Translations under genes and position numbers: made by a program
Notes under the pieces: generated by a model
What the model saw: only the letters and a program-made list of their open reading frames with translations
The model's database searches: none
Told to the model about the DNA's origin: nothing
Part shown: positions 55,206 to 64,000 of the stretch, piece by piece
How positions within the stretch are numbered: the stretch's first letter is position 1
Layout of the letters: each line of letters starts with the position of its first letter
NCBI GenBank assembly: GCA_965204725.1
Contig: OZ242005.1
Coordinates: forward strand, 4,128,001-4,192,000
Direction: 5' to 3'
DNA length: 64,000 nucleotides
DNA from: Candidatus Latescibacterota bacterium
GTDB taxonomy: Bacteria; Latescibacterota; UBA2968; UBA8231

Positions 55206-57482
55206 ATGAAGAAAGACCATGTAGCTGACGATGACGCCTCTATCGTCGCGTCGCGGCCGATGGTCAAGCTCCATCGTCGGCTGAAACTGCTCTCGACCCT
55301 CGCCATCCTCTCGCTGGCGGCGTCGCACCACACCGGGGCACAGGGCACGGCTGCTATCCGCCAACAGCGGCTCGAATTGGACCGCACGGTCTGGTCGGAT
55401 GAGCGCCGCGCCCAGCAGTACGAGGCTGTCTTTGTCGCCTTATGGGATCGACTGCGTGCGGCCGAGGCAGCGCGGCCGGTGCTGGCCGCTTTTCCCTTTG
55501 ATCAACTGCTGCTCGGCACCCCACAGGACCGCGTCGAGCACGACTGGGACATCACCGAAACACACTATGGCGGCCCGCCGCGCACGCTCGACCCCGGACA
55601 GTGGTCGGCCCTGCTCAAACAGTGGGAAGACGAGGGCTTCGTTCTCGAACAATCCGAGTGGCACCACAAGCGGTTCACCCCGGCCGCGGACGGCCCGGCC
55701 CGCTCTTTAATAGAACTGAAACTACACGTCAAAAACCTAGCTAGGCGTCTAATCGTCAGCGGCGACCTGTCCGTCACTTGGAGCGAGCAGCAAGACGAGA
55801 CTGGGGACTACATCCCCGCCACCATCGACGCCTCGAATCTGACGCTGACCAAACGCCGCGGCGCACCCGCTTTTACCACCTCGGCCGTCTTGGCCGACGA
55901 CACCGCGCTCTCGCCCCTCATCGCCGCCGATCTCGACCGCGACGGGCGCGACGACTTGCTCACGCTGGGAGCCAACCTGCTCTACCGCAACCAAGGTGGA
56001 CGCTTTGCGCCCGAGCCGCTTTTGACGCATCCGCCCCGGGGTGGTCGCATCGAAGTCGCGCTCTTGGCCGATTTCACTGGCGACGACGCACCCGACCTAA
56101 TCGTCGGCGGTCCTGAGCAGCTATTGGGCCTCTACGAGGGCGGCAAGAGCTTTGACCAACCCGGTTTGGCCATTGCGACCCGGCCCCTGCAGTACCCAGA
56201 AGCCATGAGTGCGGGCGACATAGATTCCGATGGCGACCTCGATCTATGGGTCGGCCAGTACCGGCCGCCCTACCGCGAGGGCCAGATGCCCACGCCGTAC
56301 TACGACGCCAACGACGGCTATCCCGCGTACCTGCTGAGCAACGATGGGCGCGGGCGTTTCACCGACATCACGACCCGTGCGGGCCTCGAAACCAAGCGCG
56401 AGCGGCGCACCTACAGCGGCTCCTTGGCCGATCTCGACGGCGACGGCGACCTCGACCTGCTAGTCGTCAGCGACTTCGCTGGCATCGACCTGTACTACAA
56501 CGATGGCACCGGCACCTTTGCCGATGTCACCGCTCAGGCCGTCAGCGAGGCATCGACCTTTGGCATGTCCCACGTCTTTGGCGACTACAACGCCGATGGC
56601 CGCCTCGACATGTACGTGGTGGGCATGAGCTCGACCACGGCGCGCCGCCTCGACTACCTCGGCCTCGGGCGGGCGGAGTACCCCGAGCACCACCACCAGC
56701 GCCGGGCTATGGGCTTTGGCAACCGGCTTTACCTCGGGCGCGAGGACGCTCGGTTCAGCATGGCCCCGGGCACGGAGCGAGTGGCGCGCACCGGGTGGTC
56801 TTGGGGCGTGGCCTCTGCGGACTTCGACAACGATGGCGACGACGAAATCTACGTGGCCAACGGCCACCTCAGCGGCGAGACCGCCCAAGACTACTGCACT
56901 ACTTTCTGGACGCACGACATCTACACAGGTGGCTCGGAACCCAACCCGCAAATAGCCGAATTTTTCGACGAGATGATTGCGGATTGGAACAACGCGGGCA
57001 TCTCGTGGAACGGCTTTGAACACAACAAGCTCTACCTGAGCGGAGGAGGGCACTCCTTCGTCGAGATCGGCTATCTGATGGGCGTGGCTTTTGAATTCGA
57101 TGCGCGCACCGTGCTCGACATGGACATCGATGGCGACGGGCGCGTGGACTTGTTGGTCAGCGAGTGGGCCGGGACCCCGCGCCGCGAGCGGGTTCACGTC
57201 TTGCGCAATGTTTGGCCCGGCGACAACAACTGGCTCGGCGTGCGCCTGCGCGGGACGGGAGGCTCCCCTATCGGCGCACGCATCACCCTGCACACGCCTC
57301 AAGGCAACCAGACCGCGTGGATTTACACCGGGGAGTCCTTCGACGCTCAACGCCCGCCCGTCCGCCATTTTGGCCTCGGCGGCAACGAGCAGGTTGACGC
57401 AATCGAAGTGCGGTGGGCCGACGGACACGTGACGACCCTCGCCCATCCGGCAATCAACCGCTATCACGAACTGGAACCTTAG
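55206..57482 (+). CDS. CRTAC1-like FG-GAP repeat protein with ASPIC/UnbV domain
   Basis: Many DxDxDGxxDL repeats; C-terminal IGARI...HFGLG...IEVRW.DG; start uncertain (55206 or 55260). Confidence 0.88.
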   Translation: MKKDHVADDDASIVASRPMVKLHRRLKLLSTLAILSLAASHHTGAQGTAAIRQQRLELDRTVWSDERRAQQYEAVFVALWDRLRAAEAARPVLAAFPFDQLLLGTPQDRVEHDWDITETHYGGPPRTLDPGQWSALLKQWEDEGFVLEQSEWHHKRFTPAADGPARSLIELKLHVKNLARRLIVSGDLSVTWSEQQDETGDYIPATIDASNLTLTKRRGAPAFTTSAVLADDTALSPLIAADLDRDGRDDLLTLGANLLYRNQGGRFAPEPLLTHPPRGGRIEVALLADFTGDDAPDLIVGGPEQLLGLYEGGKSFDQPGLAIATRPLQYPEAMSAGDIDSDGDLDLWVGQYRPPYREGQMPTPYYDANDGYPAYLLSNDGRGRFTDITTRAGLETKRERRTYSGSLADLDGDGDLDLLVVSDFAGIDLYYNDGTGTFADVTAQAVSEASTFGMSHVFGDYNADGRLDMYVVGMSSTTARRLDYLGLGRAEYPEHHHQRRAMGFGNRLYLGREDARFSMAPGTERVARTGWSWGVASADFDNDGDDEIYVANGHLSGETAQDYCTTFWTHDIYTGGSEPNPQIAEFFDEMIADWNNAGISWNGFEHNKLYLSGGGHSFVEIGYLMGVAFEFDARTVLDMDIDGDGRVDLLVSEWAGTPRRERVHVLRNVWPGDNNWLGVRLRGTGGSPIGARITLHTPQGNQTAWIYTGESFDAQRPPVRHFGLGGNEQVDAIEVRWADGHVTTLAHPAINRYHELEP

Positions 57483-57490
57483 TCCGTCCA

Positions 57491-59449
57491 ATGCGCCCAT
57501 CCATCGCGCAAAACGCCCGCCCCCTCCGCGTTTATGCGATCGCCCTCTTGCCATTTCTTATTTGCGCCGCCATGGCCGATGCACAACAAGCACCGCCCAT
57601 CGTAGGCGTCCCCCCGGAAGTTTTGGACCCGCCTTGGCTGCAAAGCCGTCGCCAGAGCCAGCTCGCCGCGGCGAAGGGCTACGCAGTCTTTTGCGATTTT
57701 AGCTTCACCGACCGCCAGCCCACAAGCGGCATTGCCTTCCGCCACCGCATCGTCGATGACTCGGGGCGGCACTACCGGCCCAATCACTACGACCACGGCA
57801 ATGGGATTGCCTTGGCGGATGTCGATGGCGACGGGCGCACAGACCTCTACTTTGTCAACCAAGCGGGAGGCAATGGGCTGTGGCGCAACGTGGGCAGCGG
57901 CCAATTCGCCGACATCACTGAGCGGGGCGGCGTGGCACTTGCCGACCGCATTGGCGTGACCGCTTCCTTCGCCGACCTAGACAACGACGGAGCACCCGAC
58001 CTGTACGTCACCAACGTGCGCGTGGGCAATGTTCTCTTTCGCAATCAAGGCGACGGGTGCTTTGCGAACATTTCCCAAGGGTCTGGCCTCAATCACAAAG
58101 GGCATTCTTCGGCGGCCCTCTTCTTCGACTATGACCTCGACGGGCAGCTCGACCTCTTTTTAACCAATGTTGGGCAGTACACCGAGCGCGGCGAGCCGGT
58201 GGCGGTTGTTGGCTCTGCGCCCGAGGAGCAAACGGATCAGTACCGCTACTACGTCGGCTTTAAGGACGCCTTTGCCGGGCACCTCAAGCCCGAGCGCACC
58301 GAGCCGAGCCTGCTCTTTCGCAATGCGGGCGAAAACCGCTTTGTCGATGTGACCGAAGAAGTGGGCATCAGGGCACGCGGTTGGTCCGGCGACGCGGTGC
58401 CGCTCGACGCCAACGAAGATGGCTGGCCAGACCTGTACGTGCTAAACATGCAGGGGCACGACCAATACTACGAAAACGACCAAGGCCAGTGCTTTATCGA
58501 CAAGAGCCTAGCGGTCTTCCCGCGCACGCCGTGGGGGGCGATGTCGGCCCAGATCATCGACTTTGACAACGACGGCCACCAAGACCTCTACATCACCGAC
58601 ATGCACTCGGACATGAGCGAGGACATTGGGCCGGAGCGCGAAAAGAGCAAGTCGCGCATGCAGTGGAGCGAGAGTTTTCTCCGCTCGGGCGGGCGCAGCA
58701 TCTACGGCAACGCCTTTTACCACCGCCAAGCCGACGGCACCTACGCCGAGATCTCCGACTCCATCGGCGCGGAGAACTACTGGCCTTGGGGGCTGAGCGC
58801 GGGCGACCTCAACGCCGATGGATACGAAGATGTCTTTATCACCGCGAGCATGAACTACGCCTTCCGCTACGCAGTCAACGCCCTGTTGCTCAACGACCGC
58901 GGCCGAGGCTTCCTCGACGCCGAATTTGTTCTTGGGGCTGAGCCGCGCCGCGAAGGCCGCACGGCCATGCCTTGGTTTGCCTTAGATTGCGCTGGGGAAT
59001 ATGCAGCCCATCCCGACTGCGAGGGGCGCAGTGGCCCACACGTCTTCTGGGGGGCGTTAGGATCGCGTGCGTCGGCGCTGGCGGACTTGGACGACGACGG
59101 CGACTTAGACATCGTCACCAATGAATTCAATGCGCCGCCGCTGTTGCTGATTAGCGATCTGAGCGACCAAAAAGCGGACCTCAACTTCCTCAAGGTCCGC
59201 CTGATCGGCACCCGCTCCAACCGCAATGGCCTCGGCGCGGTGGTCGAGGTTCACACCCGCACTCAAACCTACACCCGAGCACACGACGGCAAGTCCGGCT
59301 ATCTTTCCCAGAGCCTCTTGCCGCTCTACTTCGGACTTGGCCCGGCCCGCACCGTCGAGCGCATCCAAGTGCAGTGGCCTTCTGGCGTCGCGCAAACCGT
59401 CGCTGGCCCCATCGAGAGCAACCAACTCCTCGAAATTAGGGAGCCGTAA
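57491..59449 (+). CDS. CRTAC1-like FG-GAP repeat protein with ASPIC/UnbV domain
   Basis: Signal peptide; DxDxDG repeats; NRNGLGA...SGYLSQS...YFGLG...VQWPSG. Confidence 0.9.
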   Translation: MRPSIAQNARPLRVYAIALLPFLICAAMADAQQAPPIVGVPPEVLDPPWLQSRRQSQLAAAKGYAVFCDFSFTDRQPTSGIAFRHRIVDDSGRHYRPNHYDHGNGIALADVDGDGRTDLYFVNQAGGNGLWRNVGSGQFADITERGGVALADRIGVTASFADLDNDGAPDLYVTNVRVGNVLFRNQGDGCFANISQGSGLNHKGHSSAALFFDYDLDGQLDLFLTNVGQYTERGEPVAVVGSAPEEQTDQYRYYVGFKDAFAGHLKPERTEPSLLFRNAGENRFVDVTEEVGIRARGWSGDAVPLDANEDGWPDLYVLNMQGHDQYYENDQGQCFIDKSLAVFPRTPWGAMSAQIIDFDNDGHQDLYITDMHSDMSEDIGPEREKSKSRMQWSESFLRSGGRSIYGNAFYHRQADGTYAEISDSIGAENYWPWGLSAGDLNADGYEDVFITASMNYAFRYAVNALLLNDRGRGFLDAEFVLGAEPRREGRTAMPWFALDCAGEYAAHPDCEGRSGPHVFWGALGSRASALADLDDDGDLDIVTNEFNAPPLLLISDLSDQKADLNFLKVRLIGTRSNRNGLGAVVEVHTRTQTYTRAHDGKSGYLSQSLLPLYFGLGPARTVERIQVQWPSGVAQTVAGPIESNQLLEIREP

Positions 59450-59966
59450 GGCTGAGAACTCTTTGCAGGGATTTAGTAGCGAGGTCTTGGATTGCTATGG
59501 CGAGATTAACTTCCATGTTTGTTTTTGCAACATCTATTAACGCTTCATCGATTTCGTATTTTCTATTTTTGTTCATCCAGACCAGAATCTGAGATAGGTG
59601 CCACATTGTCGGTTTGCCAGTGCGTACTGGTGCGGGAAAGGTTGCACCAGCGCGAATCATGAGTTGGCGCATGTTCTGTCGAGTGAAACCCAACAGATCG
59701 GCAGTCTCTGTTAGCCCGACAAGGTCGGGAGCGGCTTCTATCAGCCTCGCATTGGGGAGCACCTTGCGAATATCTTCTATGGCACTTGAGACCGCTTCAT
59801 AAGCAGATGTCGATTCTCGGATAAAGCTGAACCCAATACGCCCGCATTGACCAGTGCCGATCAGTGCATCGTCGCATCCATTCCTACCCAATAATTCGAC
59901 GTATTCCTGCGGATCAGCTTGTGCGTTTTGCAGGGTGAATTTCAAGGTAAACTCGTACTCGGCCAT
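59436..59966 (-). CDS. Putative antitoxin / DNA-binding protein (ferredoxin-like N-terminus + HTH)
   Basis: GCDDALIG, C-terminal PDLVGLTETADLLGFTRQNMRQL HTH and FPAP; AT-richer DNA. Confidence 0.75.
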   Translation of the reverse strand: MAEYEFTLKFTLQNAQADPQEYVELLGRNGCDDALIGTGQCGRIGFSFIRESTSAYEAVSSAIEDIRKVLPNARLIEAAPDLVGLTETADLLGFTRQNMRQLMIRAGATFPAPVRTGKPTMWHLSQILVWMNKNRKYEIDEALIDVAKTNMEVNLAIAIQDLATKSLQRVLSLTAP

Positions 59967-59968
59967 TT

Positions 59969-60232
59969 TCAGTTCTCGTCGTTTTCAGTCATTATGCGAG
60001 CAGTGCAATTGTTGACGACTCGGCGAATCTGTTTGGCATGGTTTTCCGGGTTGCGCGGGGTGCTCCAAATACTGGATATGCAGAATTCTCCACATCTACA
60101 CTCGCTGTCATTATAGGGACAGTAGATTTTACCCCATGCGTGACCACCCCCTACTTCGACTCTCCAGCCGTGTGTTTCTGCATACTTGAGAGCAGCCTCT
60201 ATTTCTCGTTTGGGATGAGCTCTTCTCGACAC
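59969..60232 (-). CDS. Putative HicA-like toxin with Cys motifs
   Basis: HPKREIEAAL..A...GW.V..GGGHAWG.IYCP...C.CG.FC...IWSTP; GTG start; directly upstream of the HTH gene. Confidence 0.65.
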   Translation of the reverse strand: MSRRAHPKREIEAALKYAETHGWRVEVGGGHAWGKIYCPYNDSECRCGEFCISSIWSTPRNPENHAKQIRRVVNNCTARIMTENDEN

Positions 60233-60332
60233 TGGGATGCACTTTTTATAAAAAATGGCAGAGAGTCTATCGGTTGTCAAATGACAACCTGCGTTCGCCT
60301 AGTTCGTTGGGACCTGCAAGCCACCGCTACCA

Positions 60333-62870
60333 TCAACGTCCATTGGTCCCACCCATTCGCCTAATCCCGCGTAGCGCACCGCGCTCTTCAGGGTCTATCT
60401 CCCGCGCTCGTGCGAAGGCCGCCGCGGCTCGCTCTTCATCTTTTTCGAGCAGGGCAATCGTTCCGAGCACGGTGTGCCGCCGGGCGGCAAAGCGCCGTTC
60501 GAGGGCTTGGACGACCTCCGTAGGCGTGTTGGCCGGTAGATAGGGCCGGGGGTTGGCCACTAGGTGCTCGGCCAAGCTCTTGAGCACGGGGAGGCCACCG
60601 CTGGTGCCGCGGCGGCGGCGGTCGGTAAAGCTGATGTACGGGCGGTCGTCTGTGTTGATCGACCCGCTGCCCGCGTAGGCGGCTAGCTCCTTTTCGCCCA
60701 AGACCAAGGCACTCAAAAAAGAGGGCGGATCGCCCAGATCCACCGAGCGCAAACTCACCCGCACCCCTAGCGGCTCTAGCTTGCGTTCGAGCGCAGCGTA
60801 GTCTATGTGCAATGCGCCCGGCGTGCCCAGCAGGATCGAGTACTGGTGGGTCAGCCACAGCGAAGCGTGCGGATACACGGCCCGGAAAGTCCGCAGAATC
60901 ATCTTGTAGTCCTCCACCGCCAGCCCGTGCAGCGGCAGCCACTGCGCGACCAGTCCGTCCGCGCCGACGCGCCCGCGGCAGAGCCGGTAGAACTCCTCCG
61001 TATAGAGTACCCAGCTATCGGCCGTGCCCGGATGCGTGGCGTCGCAGATGATGGCGTCGTATTGCCGCTGCGTCCGCAGTACGTGGTTGCGGCCGTCCTC
61101 GGCGACCAGTTCGATGGGGGCTTGGTCGAGGCGGGTCGCGATCTGGCGGTTGTAGCGGGCAAAGTAGGGCGCGGCTCGCGGGACGCCCGGCACCAACTCG
61201 GCGCAATCGAGTCGCACTGGCTGGTGCAATTCGGCGGCGGACAGCGTGATACCACCGCCAAAAGCAATGACCAGCACTTGGGCTGGATCGGGGTGCAAAA
61301 CCAGCGGCAAGTGCCCCAGCAAGCGGAAGGTCTGTAGCGAGGCGTAGTCCGTGGGGACCTCACCGCCCCCGTTGACCTTGAGGATCCGCACACCGTCTTG
61401 TTTCTGGTGGACCGAGACCGTGGCACCAGCCCCCTCGTCCCAGTAGAGCAAGCGGCTGTTTGGCTCGGACCAGTGGAACAGCTCGACGAAGAGGCCAGCC
61501 GGCAAGAGCAGCGTCAGGGCCAAGCCTAGGGCCAAGCCGCAGGTCGTGCGCACGGCCTTTTTGCGCGGCGGTGCCGCTGGGTCCAGCGCCAAAACCACCG
61601 CACCGATGGCGATATTGACCCACGCCAACACCCCGATGCTCCGGTAAGTGCCCAGCAGCGGCAGCAGCACAAACCCGGCGACCAGTGCGCCGCCAATGGC
61701 CCCCAGCGTATTGGCGGCGTACACCGTGCCGACGCCGCGCCCCAGCTGTTCAATCCGCCGGATGCACACCTTGGCCGCAATGGGGAAGAGCAGCCCCATC
61801 AGCAGGGTCGCCGGGAGCATTACGACGAAGGCCGCGACGAACAGCTTGGACAGATGGCCTTCCCACGAGAGGGCACTACCCCACGCCTCGACGATATAGG
61901 GTATGCTACCAAAGGCGGCAATCGAGCTTAGGCCGCACAGCCCGATGAGCAGCTCTACCGCGCCAAAGGCCGCAAGCGGCGCACGCCAGCGATCGATCCA
62001 GCGCGCTCCGAGCGCGGCTCCACCAGCCAAGCCGAGTAGGAAGGCGACGAGGATCGTGCTCAGGCTTTGGGCGGTGGCACTTTGCAGGAGCATCGCCAAA
62101 AGCCGCGTCCACAGCACCTCGTATCCGAGGGCCACAAATCCCGAAAGCGCAAATCCCCCCAAGACCAGCCGCCCCTCTAAGGTGGCTGGGGCGGCATCCC
62201 GCTCTACGCCCGTTTGCTCTGGCTGGCCGTCGCGGCTCCAGCTCCAGCCATAGGCGACTACGGCGATGAGCAGGTTGCCGGCCGCCGCCGCGTAGGTGGT
62301 GCCCCTGACTCCGAGGTGTTCGAGCGCGAAAAAGGCGGCCACCGCGCATCCTGTGGCCGCGCCTAGGGTATTGGCTGCATATAGGCGTCCCATATCCTCG
62401 CCGACGCGCCCTAGACGATGCGCCACGGCTTTGCTCAGCGTCGGCAGAGTGGCCCCCATGAGGGTAGTCGGCACCAAGAGCAGCGCGAACGCGAGCAGCA
62501 AGCGGACTAGCACAAAAGCCCCGTCTATACCTTGCAGAGAGCCGTATAGTGCCGTGTATATCTCATCTAAGCCCGCAAGCAAAAGCGGGAATATCAGAGC
62601 GAAGACGCCTATGCCCAGTTCCAACAGCGCGTAGAGCCGCAAGCCGTTGCTCCGGCGGTCGGCAACCCGTCCGCACCAGTAGCTGCCCAAGGCGAGACCG
62701 GCCATGAAGGCGGCTAGGACCGTGCTGACGGCAAAGGTGCTGACGCCGAACACGGGCATCAACATACGCACCCAGACGACTTGATAGACGAGGGAGCTGG
62801 CTCCAGAAAAAAAGAACAGGATCAGCGGGGCTAGGGGGAGTTTGCTCATAGCCGACTCTTTGTATGGCAA
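60333..62870 (-). CDS. Fused MFS-like membrane domain / spermidine synthase-like methyltransferase
   Basis: SG...L.YQVVW.R, FG.S, PT.LMG..P and Y.ANTLG repeated twice; VLVIAFGGG, EL, EDGRN, YDAI, QWLP. Confidence 0.88.
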   Translation of the reverse strand: MPYKESAMSKLPLAPLILFFFSGASSLVYQVVWVRMLMPVFGVSTFAVSTVLAAFMAGLALGSYWCGRVADRRSNGLRLYALLELGIGVFALIFPLLLAGLDEIYTALYGSLQGIDGAFVLVRLLLAFALLLVPTTLMGATLPTLSKAVAHRLGRVGEDMGRLYAANTLGAATGCAVAAFFALEHLGVRGTTYAAAAGNLLIAVVAYGWSWSRDGQPEQTGVERDAAPATLEGRLVLGGFALSGFVALGYEVLWTRLLAMLLQSATAQSLSTILVAFLLGLAGGAALGARWIDRWRAPLAAFGAVELLIGLCGLSSIAAFGSIPYIVEAWGSALSWEGHLSKLFVAAFVVMLPATLLMGLLFPIAAKVCIRRIEQLGRGVGTVYAANTLGAIGGALVAGFVLLPLLGTYRSIGVLAWVNIAIGAVVLALDPAAPPRKKAVRTTCGLALGLALTLLLPAGLFVELFHWSEPNSRLLYWDEGAGATVSVHQKQDGVRILKVNGGGEVPTDYASLQTFRLLGHLPLVLHPDPAQVLVIAFGGGITLSAAELHQPVRLDCAELVPGVPRAAPYFARYNRQIATRLDQAPIELVAEDGRNHVLRTQRQYDAIICDATHPGTADSWVLYTEEFYRLCRGRVGADGLVAQWLPLHGLAVEDYKMILRTFRAVYPHASLWLTHQYSILLGTPGALHIDYAALERKLEPLGVRVSLRSVDLGDPPSFLSALVLGEKELAAYAGSGSINTDDRPYISFTDRRRRGTSGGLPVLKSLAEHLVANPRPYLPANTPTEVVQALERRFAARRHTVLGTIALLEKDEERAAAAFARAREIDPEERGALRGIRRMGGTNGR

Positions 62871-63271
62871 TCCGCAGTCATTTATAAATGATAAGCATGG
62901 GTTGATTCCCCAACACGTTCAAAAAGTCATTCTGGCGCGATCCAGAATTCAGGGGGACGGTCTAAGTTGCGATTTTTGAACCAAGTTCGCACCGAGCAAT
63001 TTCGCGCTATTTACGCTCTTGAGTAAAATTACTCAGTCTTGGCGCGCTATCTCGATTTGCTCGCGAGCGCCGACTTGCTTGCCGATCATCGTTTTCAATC
63101 GGCTGGTGGAGTCGTTGACCGCAAACACTTGACAGGGTGCCGGTGATACGACACGTTAGGCACGACTAGCTTCTTGTGTCCCCCTTAGAAGCGAACGTTT
63201 CTTAGATCGGGTTCGCATCAGCCAAAGCTCTTGCTCGCTGGAAATACGGACGCGAAACTGCAAGGACAACG

Positions 63272-64000
63272 ATGGCATACGAAACACAAAGTTTCAAAAT
63301 TCCCAATCAGTCCGATGATTACTCGGAGTGCTCGAGTTTCGTCACGACCACTATTGAAGCGATCATCAAAGAAGCGATTGAACAGAGAAAAAACAAAATT
63401 TTTATTAATACAAATTTGAAGCGAGGTCTCCCGATGGAGAATATCAATAAAATCGCTGGGCCGTTTATTGAAGCATGGGCTGCCCAAACGTTTTATGATG
63501 CTCTTGAAGATAATAACAATAAATATCAACTGATTAATGTGGAAGCAGTTGAACGCCTACATATAGCGGATATCATATTACAGTTCCAGAAACAGAGAAA
63601 AATTGAAAGTGGAGTGACAGCAGAGATCGATGTTAAGGCAACAGCGGAAGACATAGAATCTAGCGGCAAGTCACCGAATATCACTTCATACGCTCGTATT
63701 CGTACCGCCTATATCGAAGACCCCGATTATATATTCGTCATCCTGTCTTTGAAACACCGTGTGTATTCAAAGCGCAGCAAAACCACAGGGTTAATGGACG
63801 GAATTATGGAGGTTGTTGCGTATAACGCTTACGATCTAAAATATCTTTCTTCAAGCGACATTAGCTATAACCCTGCACTTGGAACGGGACAAATCCAAGT
63901 ACGGGATATTCACTATGTTGAACTTGAAGAAAGAACCACATGGGAATTTTGTCAGTTACTCGATCGGAAATACCTTCAGTCTGCCCGGAGGTCATTTGAT
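63272..64000 (+). CDS. Putative type II restriction endonuclease (3'-truncated by the window end)
   Basis: Manually translated open frame MAYETQSF...; PD-(D/E)xK-like E...ADII...IDVKAT...SPN; AT-rich; absent from the ORF track because it has no stop. Confidence 0.65.
   Translation, partial: MAYETQSFKIPNQSDDYSECSSFVTTTIEAIIKEAIEQRKNKIFINTNLKRGLPMENINKIAGPFIEAWAAQTFYDALEDNNNKYQLINVEAVERLHIADIILQFQKQRKIESGVTAEIDVKATAEDIESSGKSPNITSYARIRTAYIEDPDYIFVILSLKHRVYSKRSKTTGLMDGIMEVVAYNAYDLKYLSSSDISYNPALGTGQIQVRDIHYVELEERTTWEFCQLLDRKYLQSARRSFD

Noticed and set aside
62926-63160. Short hairpin (attctgg/ccagaat) and TTGACA box in the intergenic region
   Set aside because: Only a 7-bp stem and no properly spaced -10 box; not enough to call an ncRNA or promoter.

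Overview
GC-rich bacterial chromosomal window with several AT-richer accessory islands. Several PhyH dioxygenases, FlgD-Ig and ASPIC/UnbV proteins and a C-terminal SWGRIK motif suggest a Latescibacterota/Poribacteria-like lineage (inference only). Housekeeping and metabolic genes include an EndoQ-UvrD fusion, cyclophilin, a transketolase-like enzyme, rfbA, oadG/oadB/oadA with birA, PhoX and RecQ. Defence content is dense: an ABC-type ATPase plus putative nuclease pair, a type III R-M system, AbiE, a HicAB-like pair and a partial type II REase. The best candidate for a new system is a four-gene cassette nested between the type III res and mod genes (24.4-26.4 kb): ThsB-like TIR, SLATT/DUF4231, second TIR, 3-TM membrane protein. 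It has no ThsA, and each TIR is preceded by a near-identical 33-bp copy of the res 3' end. The second candidate is a ~16 kb minus-strand cell-envelope locus (37-53.7 kb): TPR protein, CBM9-like protein, three paralogous discoidin/FlgD-Ig proteins with a type-B T9SS-like PNGDxIND tail, two paralogous acidic putative outer-membrane proteins and a parvulin foldase. Several internally deleted 'ghost' genes are also visible. I saw no rRNA, tRNA, CRISPR array, integrase or transposase. All family calls come from motif recognition by eye, not database searches.
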